Positions 38,569 to 48,826 of a stretch of 63,841 nt of DNA are shown one piece after another. A program made the translations under genes and the position numbers. The notes below the pieces were generated by a model, which made no database searches, had not been told where the DNA came from, and was given only the letters and a program-made list of their open reading frames with translations. Source of the stretch: Planctomycetia bacterium (lineage in GTDB: Bacteria > Planctomycetota > Planctomycetia > Pirellulales > UBA1268); contig JBJTOU010000038.1 in NCBI GenBank assembly GCA_046074725.1, forward strand, positions 1 through 63,841, given 5' to 3'. Each line of letters starts with the position of its first letter. Position 1 is the stretch's first letter.

Positions 38569-39807
38569 GTGTCTGATTTTGTTTTCGTGTTCGACCCGGC
38601 GCTCGACAGGCCCATTCCCGTTCCCGACGCGGCGCCGGCGTCGGTGGCGGCTGCGATTGCGGCAGCTCCCATAGAGTCGCTGCGAACCGCCGTTGCGACC
38701 GTTCGCGAAACACGGGCGGCGGCACTCGTGCTGTTCGGCCGCGTGCTCGACCCGCACCGGGCCAGCCCCTCGCAGGCAGCGGTGCTGCGGTCCCTCATCG
38801 CTGAATGTGCGGCCGACGGCTGCCATACCGTGTGGGTCACCGACGACACCGCCGGCTGCGAGGACATCTCCCGGATGCTCGGCGAGCCCCGTGGCCTGCT
38901 GTTCGCCACTCCCTTCGCGCCGGTCCATCTCGACATCCGTGGCATGCCGGTCGAGATTCTCTGTGGCCGGGGTGACCCGATGGCGACGGCCTCCGCCATC
39001 GCCTCGCAGCCGCAGTCTGCCGGCGGCGATTCCATCACGCGGCGGTTGATCGTTGATTGGGACACATCGCTGTGGTCGTCCGAACGGTGGGACGACACGG
39101 CCGGCAGTTCGCCGCGAGCCCTCGCCGGCTGGCTCCAGCCGGGATGCCACTGCGTGTGGGGGTCACGTCGGTCGCTCTCCCTCCCGGCAGGCATCCGCCA
39201 CGTCGCACCCTTGCAGCCACGATCCGCCCACGAGCCGATGGCCGGCGGATGCAGCGTGCTTTCCCTCACCGACTTCGACGATGCGGCCATGGACGAAGCC
39301 GCAGCCGGCGCGGGCCGCTGGCGCACGGTGCCGACGCAGCGGGTGGCCTGGAAAACGCTCACCGTCGAATCGGCCGCCGGTGGCGACGAGGAATTGGCGA
39401 CCGTCATCTGGTCGGCGCTCGAGTCGTTGCCCGCGGACCCGCGGAGAACGATGCAGATCGTTCGATGCGGCGTCGAGTGCGGCACGAGCGTGGCCCGCCG
39501 TGTGCGAGTGGCGGAGATCGCCGCCGAGACGCTGGTCCGAGTCCGCGACCTCCTCGATCAGAAGGCATCTCACACCTGGTGCGAGGCGGTGGTCGCCGCC
39601 ACCGGCGAGTCGCTCGCCCCGCTGGGCCATGCGCGATCGGGGGGGAGACCGGGCACGACCACGTCGTTCTCGTCGGCACTCGCCGACATCGTCGTCGGCA
39701 TCGAGCTCGGTCGGCCCGGAGACGGACTCCCCGACGCACTGGCGATGCCGGCAGACATGGCCCGCGAAGCGGGCTGGCTGGCGCTCGAATTGATCGAGTC
39801 GGCCTGA
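38569..39807 (+). CDS. YhaO/SbcD-like metallophosphoesterase-fold protein with degenerate catalytic motifs
   Basis: CAGGAG then GTG start; FVFDPALDRP, LVLFGRVLD and PLQPRSAHE..GGC align by eye to the YhaO layout; lies directly upstream of a YhaN-like ATPase. Confidence 0.7.
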   Translation: MSDFVFVFDPALDRPIPVPDAAPASVAAAIAAAPIESLRTAVATVRETRAAALVLFGRVLDPHRASPSQAAVLRSLIAECAADGCHTVWVTDDTAGCEDISRMLGEPRGLLFATPFAPVHLDIRGMPVEILCGRGDPMATASAIASQPQSAGGDSITRRLIVDWDTSLWSSERWDDTAGSSPRALAGWLQPGCHCVWGSRRSLSLPAGIRHVAPLQPRSAHEPMAGGCSVLSLTDFDDAAMDEAAAGAGRWRTVPTQRVAWKTLTVESAAGGDEELATVIWSALESLPADPRRTMQIVRCGVECGTSVARRVRVAEIAAETLVRVRDLLDQKASHTWCEAVVAATGESLAPLGHARSGGRPGTTTSFSSALADIVVGIELGRPGDGLPDALAMPADMAREAGWLALELIESA

Positions 39808-39843
39808 CTGCCCGCGGCCTCACGAAAGGATTGAGAGGATCCA

Positions 39844-42800
39844 ATGTTCATCGAACGGATCGATGTCGAACGCTTCGGGGCTCTGCGTGATGTCACGATC
39901 GACGGGCTCGGCCCCGGCGTGCAGGTGCTCCATGGCACGAATGAAACCGGCAAGACCTCGCTGCTCGAATTCGTCCGTGCCGTGTTCTTCGGATTCGAGG
40001 GGCTGTTTCGCCGCGGCGTGCTCGATCCACAGCGGCCGTGTGCCGGCCGGCTCGTCGTCGTGAGCGGGCCCGAAGCCCGACGAATCTCGATCGAGCGACG
40101 GCACGAAGGGCCGCAGATCGCGTCGCTCACGAAGGCCAGTTACGAGGACGGTATCATCGGCCTCGGCGGCGACACGGGCGATCTCGTCGACATCGTCGAT
40201 CTCGCGACTCGCCCCGAGCAGGGCGGCCGACCCTACCTGCAGGATCTCGTCGGCGAAATCGACGAAACATCCTTCACGAACGTGATGGCCTTCGGCTTGG
40301 ACGAACTGCACGAGCTTCGCACGCTCGACCCCGAGGGCTGCGGAAGCCGTCTCTACGAACTAGCCGCCGGACTCGACCGCTCGAAGGTCAGTCGCGTGCT
40401 CACGCATCTGCGAAACGCGCTCTCCAGGCTCGATTCCGACGATCCGGCGACGTCGCCGATCGAGTCGCTCCGGCGTCGCCGACGAGACGTGCTCGAGCGG
40501 CTCGCCGGCCTCAGATCGCCCGCGATCGCCGCCGGTGGACTGGCGGCGGAAAAGACCCGAATCGACGCCGAGATTGCCTCACTGGAGGCGGCGGTCGAAC
40601 GATCGGAGGCGGCGGAAGAGGTGATCCGTCGCGTGCTTCCGCTCGAACCGCTGCACGCTGAGATGCACGCCGCCGCAGCTCGCGTGGCGGCGCTCGAAGG
40701 CACGGCGCTCGTGCATCCCGATCTCGATGGCTGGAAGCGGGCCGTGAAGCGACGCGATCGGCTCGCTCGCGAGGCGACCCGCCGCAAGAAAATCCGCGCC
40801 CGCCGGGCCCGCCTGCTGGCGGCCGTGGCGGCCGAGTCGGCCGTCTGGAAGAAACGGTCGGCCGTGGCGGCACTGGTGGAGGAGGAGACTCGAATCGAGC
40901 GTCTGGCCGCCGACGTGGCTCGCGCCGAGTCGCATGCGAAGCTCGCGGCCCGCCGATTCGGCGAACAGATCGGCATGGCAGGCCTGTCCCGCATGATCGC
41001 TGTGGATGCGGCGGGTGAAGCCTCCACCGACCTCGTGCTCCCGGAGGGATTCGCGCTGTCGTTCGCACCGTTGCGGGCCCGGGCCCGGGCCTGGAGCCGG
41101 GCATCCCGCGAGGTGAGAGCGGCCAAGCGACGAGCGATCGAGGCCTCGTCGGAACTGAAAAACACCCGCGGCGCCGTCACGGGCGCGGGCACGCGCCTTG
41201 GCGGCATGACGATCGCAGAAGCCATCGAGGAGGCGAGCGGCAGGGCGACGACGATCCGCAACCGGATCGGCACCGGGGCCCGCATCGCGGAGCTCGACGC
41301 ATCGCTGGCCGCGATGGAGCGCGACGTGGCGCAGAGTGTCGAGGGACAGTTGCTCCCGCTGGGATGGCTGATCGCCCTCGGGGCGGTATTCGTCGTGGGA
41401 GCGGGAATGCTCCTCTCGGGACTGCTCCTGCCTGCGAGTGTCACCGGTTCGCTCGCGTATGCGGTCGCGGCGCTGGGGCTTGCGGGAACCGGGCTCGCCT
41501 CGGTCACGACATGGTCGCTCGACCGCGCCGCATCGACGCGGCTGGAAGCCGCGAGGCAGCAGTACGACATGGTGCGTTCCCAGCGGGAAGAGGCCGTGGC
41601 CCAGCTCGCGCAGCTCGACGCACGGATTCCGGCCGACGCGACCCATTCATTGGAGCGTCGGCTCGCAGCCGCCGAAGCGGAGGTGGAACGGCTCGAGGCG
41701 CTCGCCGGCCGGGAAGGCTCGGTCCACCTCCTCTCCGATCGGCTCACCGTCGCCAAACAGGAGTTGAAGCGGGCCATCGCGTCACGGAAGTCCGCGAAGC
41801 TCCGCTGGCAGCGGTCGCTGGAGCACCGGGGGCTTCCGGCCACGCTCTCGCCACGCGACGTCCGGATGATCGAGATGCACCGCCAGTCGCTTTTGTCGCT
41901 CGACGACGACCGCCGACGCCTTTCGGAGGAGGCGAGGCAGAAGCGCGAGGAATTGGCGGCATGGGCGCACCGCATCGACCAGACGATGGTCGAGTGCGAC
42001 CTCGTACCCGAGGGCACGCCGATCGATCATCTCCGCCAACTGCGGGAACGGCTCGAGACCGATGGCCGTGCCATCCGCCAACGGTCCGAGGCGGCCCGCC
42101 GGCTGGAACGGGCGCGGTCACGCCACCGCGGGGCGATCAAGGCCGTGAAGCATGCCGACCGCGGGATCGCGGCGTTCTACGGCCGCTGGGATGTCGCCAC
42201 GGAGCAGGAATTCCTGGCCAAGGTCGATCGGCGGCCGCTCTTCCGGAAAGCCCGCAGCGAGGCCGAGGCCGCCCAAGCGGCCTGGGTCGAGGCCCGTCGC
42301 ACGGTGACCGAGCCTGCCGACCTCGAACACTGGCTCGCGGAGACGTCGCTCACGCTCGAGAAACGGCTGGCCGACGCCCGCGACGCGACGGATCGGCTCC
42401 GTGAATCGCTCATCGCGGTGGAGGATCGCCGCGGGCTGGTGGCGAAGCGTTTGGATGCCGCGGCTCGCGACCGATCGACCGAACCCCTCCAGGCCGAGCT
42501 GGCCTCGATCGAGCATGAGCTCGCCCTGCAGCTCGACCGACGTCGGCTCCTCGAGCGGGCCGGGCTGCTGCTGGAAGAAACGCGGGCCGCCGTCGCCCGC
42601 GACCACCAACCGCCCGCCCTTCGCGACGCCTCCCACTGGCTTGCCCGTCTCACAGATGGCCGCTACACGAGGATCACGACGACCATCGACGAAGCCCGCC
42701 TCGAGGTGCATGAGCGGGATGGCACCGTCTGGCTGCCGGAGCGGCTCAGCCGCGGCACCCGTGAGCAGGTGTTTCTCGCGTTGCGGCTGGCGCTCGTTCG

Positions 42801-43254
42801 CGATCTGCAACGGCATGGGGTGATGCTGCCCCTGGTGATGGACGACGCGCTGGTCAATTTCGACGACGATCGCGCCCGCGCGGCAGCCCGTGTGCTGATG
42901 GAATTCGTGGCCGATCAGCCGCGCGAGCGGCAGATGCTGGCCCTCACCTGTCATGCCCATGTCGCGGCGATCTTCGCCTCGGCCGGCGCCACCGTGCGAT
43001 CCATGAGCGGTTCCCGGATCACCGATATCGCCGCCCCCGCCATGGCGGCCGCTCCCGAACGTCCGGTCGTGCACCCGGCGATCCGAACCGATCCGCCAGC
43101 GTCACGGACGGATCCGCCGAGGCACGTCGCAATCGCAGCGGAAACGTCTGGGGATCCGTGGCCCGCCGAACGATTCTTCTTCGGCGGCCCTACGTCGTCG
43201 TCGGACGCACCGGCCAAAACCCTACGACGGGCACCACGGCGGCGGAAAAAGTAG
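39844..43254 (+). CDS. YhaN-like Rad50/SbcC-type ATPase with long coiled coils and two central TM helices
   Basis: Walker A HGTNETGKTS, signature LSRGT, Walker B/D-loop LVMDDALVNFD, H-loop LTCH; hydrophobic segments at about 41360-41515. Confidence 0.9.
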   Translation: MFIERIDVERFGALRDVTIDGLGPGVQVLHGTNETGKTSLLEFVRAVFFGFEGLFRRGVLDPQRPCAGRLVVVSGPEARRISIERRHEGPQIASLTKASYEDGIIGLGGDTGDLVDIVDLATRPEQGGRPYLQDLVGEIDETSFTNVMAFGLDELHELRTLDPEGCGSRLYELAAGLDRSKVSRVLTHLRNALSRLDSDDPATSPIESLRRRRRDVLERLAGLRSPAIAAGGLAAEKTRIDAEIASLEAAVERSEAAEEVIRRVLPLEPLHAEMHAAAARVAALEGTALVHPDLDGWKRAVKRRDRLAREATRRKKIRARRARLLAAVAAESAVWKKRSAVAALVEEETRIERLAADVARAESHAKLAARRFGEQIGMAGLSRMIAVDAAGEASTDLVLPEGFALSFAPLRARARAWSRASREVRAAKRRAIEASSELKNTRGAVTGAGTRLGGMTIAEAIEEASGRATTIRNRIGTGARIAELDASLAAMERDVAQSVEGQLLPLGWLIALGAVFVVGAGMLLSGLLLPASVTGSLAYAVAALGLAGTGLASVTTWSLDRAASTRLEAARQQYDMVRSQREEAVAQLAQLDARIPADATHSLERRLAAAEAEVERLEALAGREGSVHLLSDRLTVAKQELKRAIASRKSAKLRWQRSLEHRGLPATLSPRDVRMIEMHRQSLLSLDDDRRRLSEEARQKREELAAWAHRIDQTMVECDLVPEGTPIDHLRQLRERLETDGRAIRQRSEAARRLERARSRHRGAIKAVKHADRGIAAFYGRWDVATEQEFLAKVDRRPLFRKARSEAEAAQAAWVEARRTVTEPADLEHWLAETSLTLEKRLADARDATDRLRESLIAVEDRRGLVAKRLDAAARDRSTEPLQAELASIEHELALQLDRRRLLERAGLLLEETRAAVARDHQPPALRDASHWLARLTDGRYTRITTTIDEARLEVHERDGTVWLPERLSRGTREQVFLALRLALVRDLQRHGVMLPLVMDDALVNFDDDRARAAARVLMEFVADQPRERQMLALTCHAHVAAIFASAGATVRSMSGSRITDIAAPAMAAAPERPVVHPAIRTDPPASRTDPPRHVAIAAETSGDPWPAERFFFGGPTSSSDAPAKTLRRAPRRRKK

Positions 43255-43258
43255 CGAG

Positions 43259-43708
43259 CTACACCGCTGCTTGATGAATGTCGCGGATGTAGCGGGCCCG
43301 CATCGTGGCCAGCAGCATTCCGAGATAGCCGTTGGCTCCGAGGGAGAGGAACAGGGCGATCAGGCTGCCGATCAACAACGGCCACGGACGGTCCGATTTC
43401 ATCGTCCCTGTCTCGACCGCGGCAAGCGGTGCCGTCGTGGCGGCCGGCACGATCCGCGGCCGTTTCGAGGCGTCGAGCACCGCCCGCTCGACGGCCGGCG
43501 GCCACGCGTCGGCGACGTAGATCTTCACCCGGCGCACGTTCCGTGAATCGGCCGGAACGTCACTGGTGAAGGTATACGGCGACGCATTGCGGACGAGGTC
43601 GGGTTCAACGCGAACCAGATAGTCGCCCGACCCGTCGTCGGTCGGCACATAGGCGGCCTCGATGCCCGCCATCAACAGCGAGGCGATCGCGATGAACGTT
43701 TCGACCAT
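43259..43708 (-). CDS. Hypothetical exported protein with a C-terminal TM anchor
   Basis: SD CAGGAG; N-terminal hydrophobic segment; C-terminal PWPLLIGSLIALFLSLGANGYLG...RARY. Confidence 0.7.
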   Translation of the reverse strand: MVETFIAIASLLMAGIEAAYVPTDDGSGDYLVRVEPDLVRNASPYTFTSDVPADSRNVRRVKIYVADAWPPAVERAVLDASKRPRIVPAATTAPLAAVETGTMKSDRPWPLLIGSLIALFLSLGANGYLGMLLATMRARYIRDIHQAAV

Positions 43709-43759
43709 GGGCTGAACTCCTGAAGGGCGGCCGATCCGGTGAGAGCGGCCGGACCGGCG

Positions 43760-44881
43760 TCAGGATTTCACACTCCCGACCCCCGGTCGTGCAACTCCCG
43801 CCCCGGAACCGGTCGCCGTCCCCGCGGCCTGCTCTCCCCCGCTCCGCCTGTCGGAGGCCGAAATCGTGTCCAGTTCGATCTGCAGCATGGTGAGGGCGGC
43901 CTGGAGGAATGCGACGGCGATGGGCCCGATGAAGATTCCGATCGGGCCGAGTGCCGCCACCCCCCCGAGCACGCTGAGGAGGGCGAGGAGCGGGTGGAGC
44001 TTGGACTGCCCATGGAGGACGATCGGTTTGATGATGTTGTCGATCGTCGAGACAACACACGCGCCCCACATGGCCAGACCGATGGCGGCCCAGGTGTTCT
44101 TCACGAAGAAGAGCAGATAGAGGCTGGCCGTTCCCCACACCGCCGCGGCACCGACGAACGGCACCAGGGCGCCGAAGAAGGTCAGCAACGTCAGCAGGAA
44201 AACACCCTTCAATCCGGCGACCGCGAAGCCGATGCCGGCAAGCATCGCCTGCGCGATGGCGGCCAGGAGCGTGGAGCTGACCACCGCCCGGCTCACCTCC
44301 TCGAACTCCTCGAGCAGCTGCCACTGATAGCGTCGGTCGAGCGGCACCAGGCGCATCACGGCGTTGAACATCCGAGGACCATCGGCCAGGAAATAGAAGA
44401 AAGACACGATCAACACGACCAGGCCGATCACCACCTTGATGAACGCCTTCGACGCGCCGGCGGCGAGCGGACCGATCCAGTCCTCAGCGAGGCTCTTCAG
44501 TTCGGCATTCACCGCGTCGGCCGTCAACGAGAGGCCGGTCGATTCGTTGAGCCGCGTCACCATGCTCTCGAGCACGGCTGGATCCAGCCGGAGCCCGTTG
44601 GGCGCCTTGAGCATCGTCACCGCCTCGGTGCCCGCCCGCACCACCAGCAGCAAGAGCGGCACGAGCACGATGGAGAGCACGACGAGCGTCGTCAGGCCTG
44701 CCGCCACCCAGTCGGGGCACTGGAGCTTCCGCAACATCCACCGATGCAACGGCCCGAAAATCACGACGAGCATCGCGGCCAAGAGCAGCGGAAGCAGGAA
44801 GATCGCCATCACACGCAGCGACAGGAGCCCGAACACGGCCACCAGTCCGAGCAGAATGCCGAGCGACATCAAACGGGCCAT
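43760..44881 (-). CDS. AI-2E family transporter
   Basis: Multiple TMs; FFYFLADG, VPFVGAA.VW, IDNIIKP and G.IGIFIGP; start at MARLMSLG. Confidence 0.9.
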   Translation of the reverse strand: MARLMSLGILLGLVAVFGLLSLRVMAIFLLPLLLAAMLVVIFGPLHRWMLRKLQCPDWVAAGLTTLVVLSIVLVPLLLLVVRAGTEAVTMLKAPNGLRLDPAVLESMVTRLNESTGLSLTADAVNAELKSLAEDWIGPLAAGASKAFIKVVIGLVVLIVSFFYFLADGPRMFNAVMRLVPLDRRYQWQLLEEFEEVSRAVVSSTLLAAIAQAMLAGIGFAVAGLKGVFLLTLLTFFGALVPFVGAAAVWGTASLYLLFFVKNTWAAIGLAMWGACVVSTIDNIIKPIVLHGQSKLHPLLALLSVLGGVAALGPIGIFIGPIAVAFLQAALTMLQIELDTISASDRRSGGEQAAGTATGSGAGVARPGVGSVKS

Positions 44882-44995
44882 GTGGTCGTGTTCCTCACGG
44901 TCGCGAAAAATCGGTCCGATGGACCGACGACCCGATTGTAACTGGCAAATCCTCGGTTTTGGTATCCTGTCGTCGCCGCCCGGCCACCGCGACGA

Positions 44996-47275
44996 GTGAC
45001 CACATCCGTCCACCGAATGTCCTCTCCCGCCATCTCGATCGTCGTCCCGGTCCGCAACGAGTCGGGGAACATCGGGCCGCTCGTCGGTGAAATCCGTGAT
45101 GTGCTCGATGCCCGTGGCATCGATTGGGAGCTTTTCATCGTCGATGACGGATCGACCGACGCATCCTGGCGCGAGATCGAATCGACGGCGACCGATCGGC
45201 GCGTGACGGGCATCCGGCTCGATGGCCCGCGGGGCAAATCGGCCGCACTGGCCGCCGGGTTTCGCCGCTGTCGCAGCGACACGGTGGCGATGCTCGATGG
45301 CGACGGCCAAGACGATCCTGCCGAAATCCCCGCGATGCTCGAGCTTCTCGGGCCGCAGGGGCCGAGGGGCGATTCCGTGGGTCTCGTCAACGGCTGGAAG
45401 ACGCCACGGCTCGATCCCTGGCACAAGACGCTCCCGTCGCGGGTCTTCAACCTTCTCGTCGGCTGGCTCACCGGCCTCACACTCCACGACCACAACTGCG
45501 GACTGAAGGTGATGCGGCGGGAGGTGGCCGTCCGGCTGCGGCTCGCGGATGACCTGCATCGCTTCATCACCGTCATGGCCGCCGCCGAGGGATTTCGCGT
45601 GGTGGAAAAGCCCGTGCATCATCGCCCCCGCACCCGCGGCGTCTCGAAGTATGGAGTCGGCAGGTTCTTCGGAGGCTTGCTCGACCTGCTGCGGGTCGCC
45701 ACCATCCTCCGCACCGGCGGTGATTTCCATCGGGCGGCAGGGCGAAGCGATTCGCGCGGTCGCACACGTCGGGGCGTCTACGCGATCCTCGTCATGCTCG
45801 CCCTCGGCGCGGTGCTTGGCCGGATCGGCGCGGTGGCGAGCGTGGATCGACTTGCGCTGGAACAGCGGGTCGTCACCGACGCGATCGCCGCAGCGACCAA
45901 GGCGGGCGGCCCGGTCGATGAGCAGGCCATCCGAGCCCGCATCGAGGAGCAGAAGAGGATCGTGCGGCCGTTCCTCTCGGCGAATGACCGAAGCCGCTGG
46001 CTCGCCGTCCGTGCCATCGTGGAGAAGGGAACGTTCGCGATCGATGAGCTCGTCGCCGAGCCGGGCTGGGATACGATCGACGCCGTCGCACATCCCGACG
46101 CCTCCGGCCGGCTCCGGCTCTATTCCAGCAAGCCACCCCTGCTGGCCCTGCTCGCCGCCGGACCCTACTGGCTGCTGCACCGGATCACCGGCTGGACGCT
46201 CGCCGATCACCCGTTCGAACTTGGCCGCCTCCTCGTGGTCGTCGTCGGCCTCGTTCCGTTGGCGGCCATGATCCTCTTCACGAGCCGTATGGTGGAGACG
46301 GTCGGCACGACCGACTGGGGGCGGATCTGGTCGGTCGCGCTGGCGGCGTGTGGCACGCTCCTGACGACGTTCGCGGTCGTGTTCACCAATCATCTTCCGG
46401 CGGCCGCCTGCACGGCGGCCAGCGGCTGGCTCGTCCTTCGCATCCACCGTGACGGGCTGCGATCGTGGACCGCCTTTGCAGCAGCCGGCCTGGCGGCCGC
46501 GTTGGCGGCGGCCTTCGACCTGCCGGCAGCCACATGGTTGGCATCGGCGCTGATCCTCCTTGCGATGAGCGATCTGCGGCGCACGCTCGTGGGAGCCGTT
46601 CCGGCGGCCGCCCTCGTCGCGGCCGCGGCCCTCGGGACGAATGATCTGGTCCATGGCCACATCGCCCCGCCCTATGCACACCGGACCGTCGGAGGCGAAC
46701 GCGTGCCGATCGAGCCCCACGGCGCATCGTGGAATCCGAGCAACTGGTACGACTACGAACTTCCGCTGTCCAACGGAAAGACGCTCGTCAGCTACTGGCG
46801 GTCGCCGAAGGGCGTCGATCGCGGGGAAGCATCGGTGCCCACCTACGCGTTGCACGTGCTCATCGGCCACCACGGCATCCTGTCACTGACGCCCGCTTGG
46901 CTCCTCGTGATCCCGGGGCTGGCGTCGCTCGCGGGGCGTCGGCACCGCGGTGATCCGGCGATCGCCCGATTCGCGATGGCGATCGCAATCGTGTCGGTCA
47001 TCACGATCGGGTTCTACATCCTGCGACCACAGCCCGACCGGAATTACGGTGGCGTTTCGTCGGGGTTCCGATGGGCGTTCTGGATGGCCCCGCTGTGGGT
47101 CGCGGCGGTCGTGCCGGCCGCCGACCGACTCGGCCGCGGCGGCCCCGGCCGTGGCCTTGCCCTCGTGCTGCTCGGGCTTTCCGTCCTCTCGGTGGCCTAC
47201 CCGACGTGGAGCCCCTGGACGATGCCATGGCTGCAGCGTTGGCTTATCCACGCGGGCTGGCTCACGCCGACGTAG
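44996..47275 (+). CDS. Fusion of a GT2 polyprenol-phosphate glycosyltransferase (DPM1/ArnC-like) and a multi-TM GT-C-like domain
   Basis: IVVPVRNE, VDDGSTD, LDGDGQDDP, HDHNCGLK and HRFI; then a TM followed by FLSANDRSRW, YSSKPPL and about ten further TMs. Confidence 0.82.
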   Translation: MTTSVHRMSSPAISIVVPVRNESGNIGPLVGEIRDVLDARGIDWELFIVDDGSTDASWREIESTATDRRVTGIRLDGPRGKSAALAAGFRRCRSDTVAMLDGDGQDDPAEIPAMLELLGPQGPRGDSVGLVNGWKTPRLDPWHKTLPSRVFNLLVGWLTGLTLHDHNCGLKVMRREVAVRLRLADDLHRFITVMAAAEGFRVVEKPVHHRPRTRGVSKYGVGRFFGGLLDLLRVATILRTGGDFHRAAGRSDSRGRTRRGVYAILVMLALGAVLGRIGAVASVDRLALEQRVVTDAIAAATKAGGPVDEQAIRARIEEQKRIVRPFLSANDRSRWLAVRAIVEKGTFAIDELVAEPGWDTIDAVAHPDASGRLRLYSSKPPLLALLAAGPYWLLHRITGWTLADHPFELGRLLVVVVGLVPLAAMILFTSRMVETVGTTDWGRIWSVALAACGTLLTTFAVVFTNHLPAAACTAASGWLVLRIHRDGLRSWTAFAAAGLAAALAAAFDLPAATWLASALILLAMSDLRRTLVGAVPAAALVAAAALGTNDLVHGHIAPPYAHRTVGGERVPIEPHGASWNPSNWYDYELPLSNGKTLVSYWRSPKGVDRGEASVPTYALHVLIGHHGILSLTPAWLLVIPGLASLAGRRHRGDPAIARFAMAIAIVSVITIGFYILRPQPDRNYGGVSSGFRWAFWMAPLWVAAVVPAADRLGRGGPGRGLALVLLGLSVLSVAYPTWSPWTMPWLQRWLIHAGWLTPT

Positions 47276-48011
47276 CGGAGCCGTCGCCGATCCAACGTCC
47301 GATGTCGGGCCACGTCGAAGGGGGCGGCGACTCGAGTTCGAGCCCTTGTTTCGTATCGGGATCGGCGAACCTGATTCGCCAGGCATGCAGGGCGATCGGT
47401 GCCGCGCGGGCATCGCCTTCGGGGTCCGTGCGGTCGGCCGGCCCTCCGTAGAGCGTGTCGCCGAGAATCGGGAGGGCTCGGGCCGATGCCTGCACCCGCA
47501 GCTGATGCATCCGGCCCGTCTCCGGCTCCATCTGGAGGAGTACCGCGTGATGCTCGCCAATTCCCTCGGCGAGGAGTCGTACCCGCGTGGTCGCCTCTGC
47601 GGCACCTTGCGTGCCCGTTTCAACGATCCGCGCCCGTGGCTGATCGGGGATTTTTTCGAGCGTGTCGTTCCAGACGAGCCCATCGGCCCCGGCCTGACGG
47701 AGCGACTCGATCACGTCCGTCGCGGTGGATGATGGCACCGCGAGGGCGAGATAGGTCTTGCCGATCTGCCGTCGGGAGAACTGACGGGAAAGCTGTCGAG
47801 CGGCACGGGGCGTCGCGGCGAACAGCATGATGCCCGACACGGCCCGGTCGAGCCGGTGGGGAACGCCGAGATAGTGGCCCGCCGGGAAACGCCCCCGAAG
47901 CCACGACTCCACCGAGGCGATTCCCCTCGGCGCCTGGGTGGGCAGGCCGCTCGGCTTGCAAACACCCAGCACTCCCGATGCCTTGTGGCACAGTTCCGGT
48001 ACGCTCTGCAT
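47262..48011 (-). CDS. RluA-family pseudouridine synthase
   Basis: KPSGLPTQ, catalytic HRLDRAVSG, TGRMHQLR, PILGDTLYG and LHA; start uncertain. Confidence 0.9.
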   Translation of the reverse strand: MQSVPELCHKASGVLGVCKPSGLPTQAPRGIASVESWLRGRFPAGHYLGVPHRLDRAVSGIMLFAATPRAARQLSRQFSRRQIGKTYLALAVPSSTATDVIESLRQAGADGLVWNDTLEKIPDQPRARIVETGTQGAAEATTRVRLLAEGIGEHHAVLLQMEPETGRMHQLRVQASARALPILGDTLYGGPADRTDPEGDARAAPIALHAWRIRFADPDTKQGLELESPPPSTWPDIGRWIGDGSATSA

Positions 48012-48193
48012 CCTCCAATCATGCCATGGATTGGCGGTGCCGGCTCCCGAGCCGGCCGGTTGGGCGTGGATCATCGCCAAACCCCCATCACAAGGCTCTT
48101 CCAAAAAGCCCCCTTCTCAGAGGGATCCCCCTCCCTGTATGGTGAATTTTAGTCAAGAAATTGTCTCCACATCATTCCCTTTCAGACGCAGCC

Positions 48194-48826
48194 ATGCCCA
48201 CGTCCATCGTCGTCATCGACGACCATGAAATCGTCCGCCACGGCCTTGCCAGCTTGTTCAAGGATTCTTCGATTCGCATCGTCGCCGACGCCGCCGACAT
48301 CGAGAGTGGAATGAAGGCGGTGCGAAAGACGAAGCCGGACATCGTTCTCCTTGACGTCCGGCTCGGCGACGCCGATGGCATCGAGGCGATCAAGCGGATT
48401 CGCTCCACGTCGGCCACGAGCCGCGTGGTCGTGATCTCGGCGTTCGACAACCCGACCTACATTGCGAGGGCCATCTCGGCGGGCGCCCACGACTACGTCC
48501 TCAAGACGGCCGGCCGCGCGGAAATCATCGAGGCGATCACCAACGCCGCCGCCGGCAAGGAGCCGGCCCGTGCGAGCGAGCTACGGCGGGTGGCCGGCGC
48601 CATGGCGAACCAGTCGGCTCTGGTCGATTCCGACGTGCGGCTCACGCCGCGGGAGTCTCAGGTGCTTCGATTGATCACGATGGGGCTGTCGAATCAGGAG
48701 ATCGCCGACTCGCTGGAGATCAGCGTCGAGACGGTCAAGGAGCATGTGCAAAACCTGCTCCGGAAGATGTCGCTCAACGATCGAACGCAGGCGGCGGTCT
48801 GGGCGATCCGCCACGGAGTGGCCTGA
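48194..48826 (+). CDS. NarL/LuxR-family response regulator with no adjacent kinase
   Basis: REC domain (IDDHEIVR, LLDVRL, YVLK) plus HTH LTPRESQVL...SNQEIA..L.IS.ETVKEH. Confidence 0.93.
   Translation: MPTSIVVIDDHEIVRHGLASLFKDSSIRIVADAADIESGMKAVRKTKPDIVLLDVRLGDADGIEAIKRIRSTSATSRVVVISAFDNPTYIARAISAGAHDYVLKTAGRAEIIEAITNAAAGKEPARASELRRVAGAMANQSALVDSDVRLTPRESQVLRLITMGLSNQEIADSLEISVETVKEHVQNLLRKMSLNDRTQAAVWAIRHGVA

Noticed and set aside
36780..39485. Apparent long N-terminal extensions or fusions on suhB (901 aa), the AI-2E transporter (1037 aa), DUF1571 (703 aa), patatin (1013 aa) and ppk1 (919 aa)
   Set aside because: The extensions overlap real genes on the opposite strand, and downstream starts give normal-sized proteins.
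43083..43120. Short duplicated peptide RTDPP in the YhaN-like tail
   Set aside because: Only two degenerate copies in a low-complexity tail; not informative.
38569..43254. The SMC-like ATPase as a Wadjet or Lamassu defence system
   Set aside because: I recognised no kleisin/KITE, JetD or Lamassu effector genes; the architecture and partner fit the YhaO/YhaN type.
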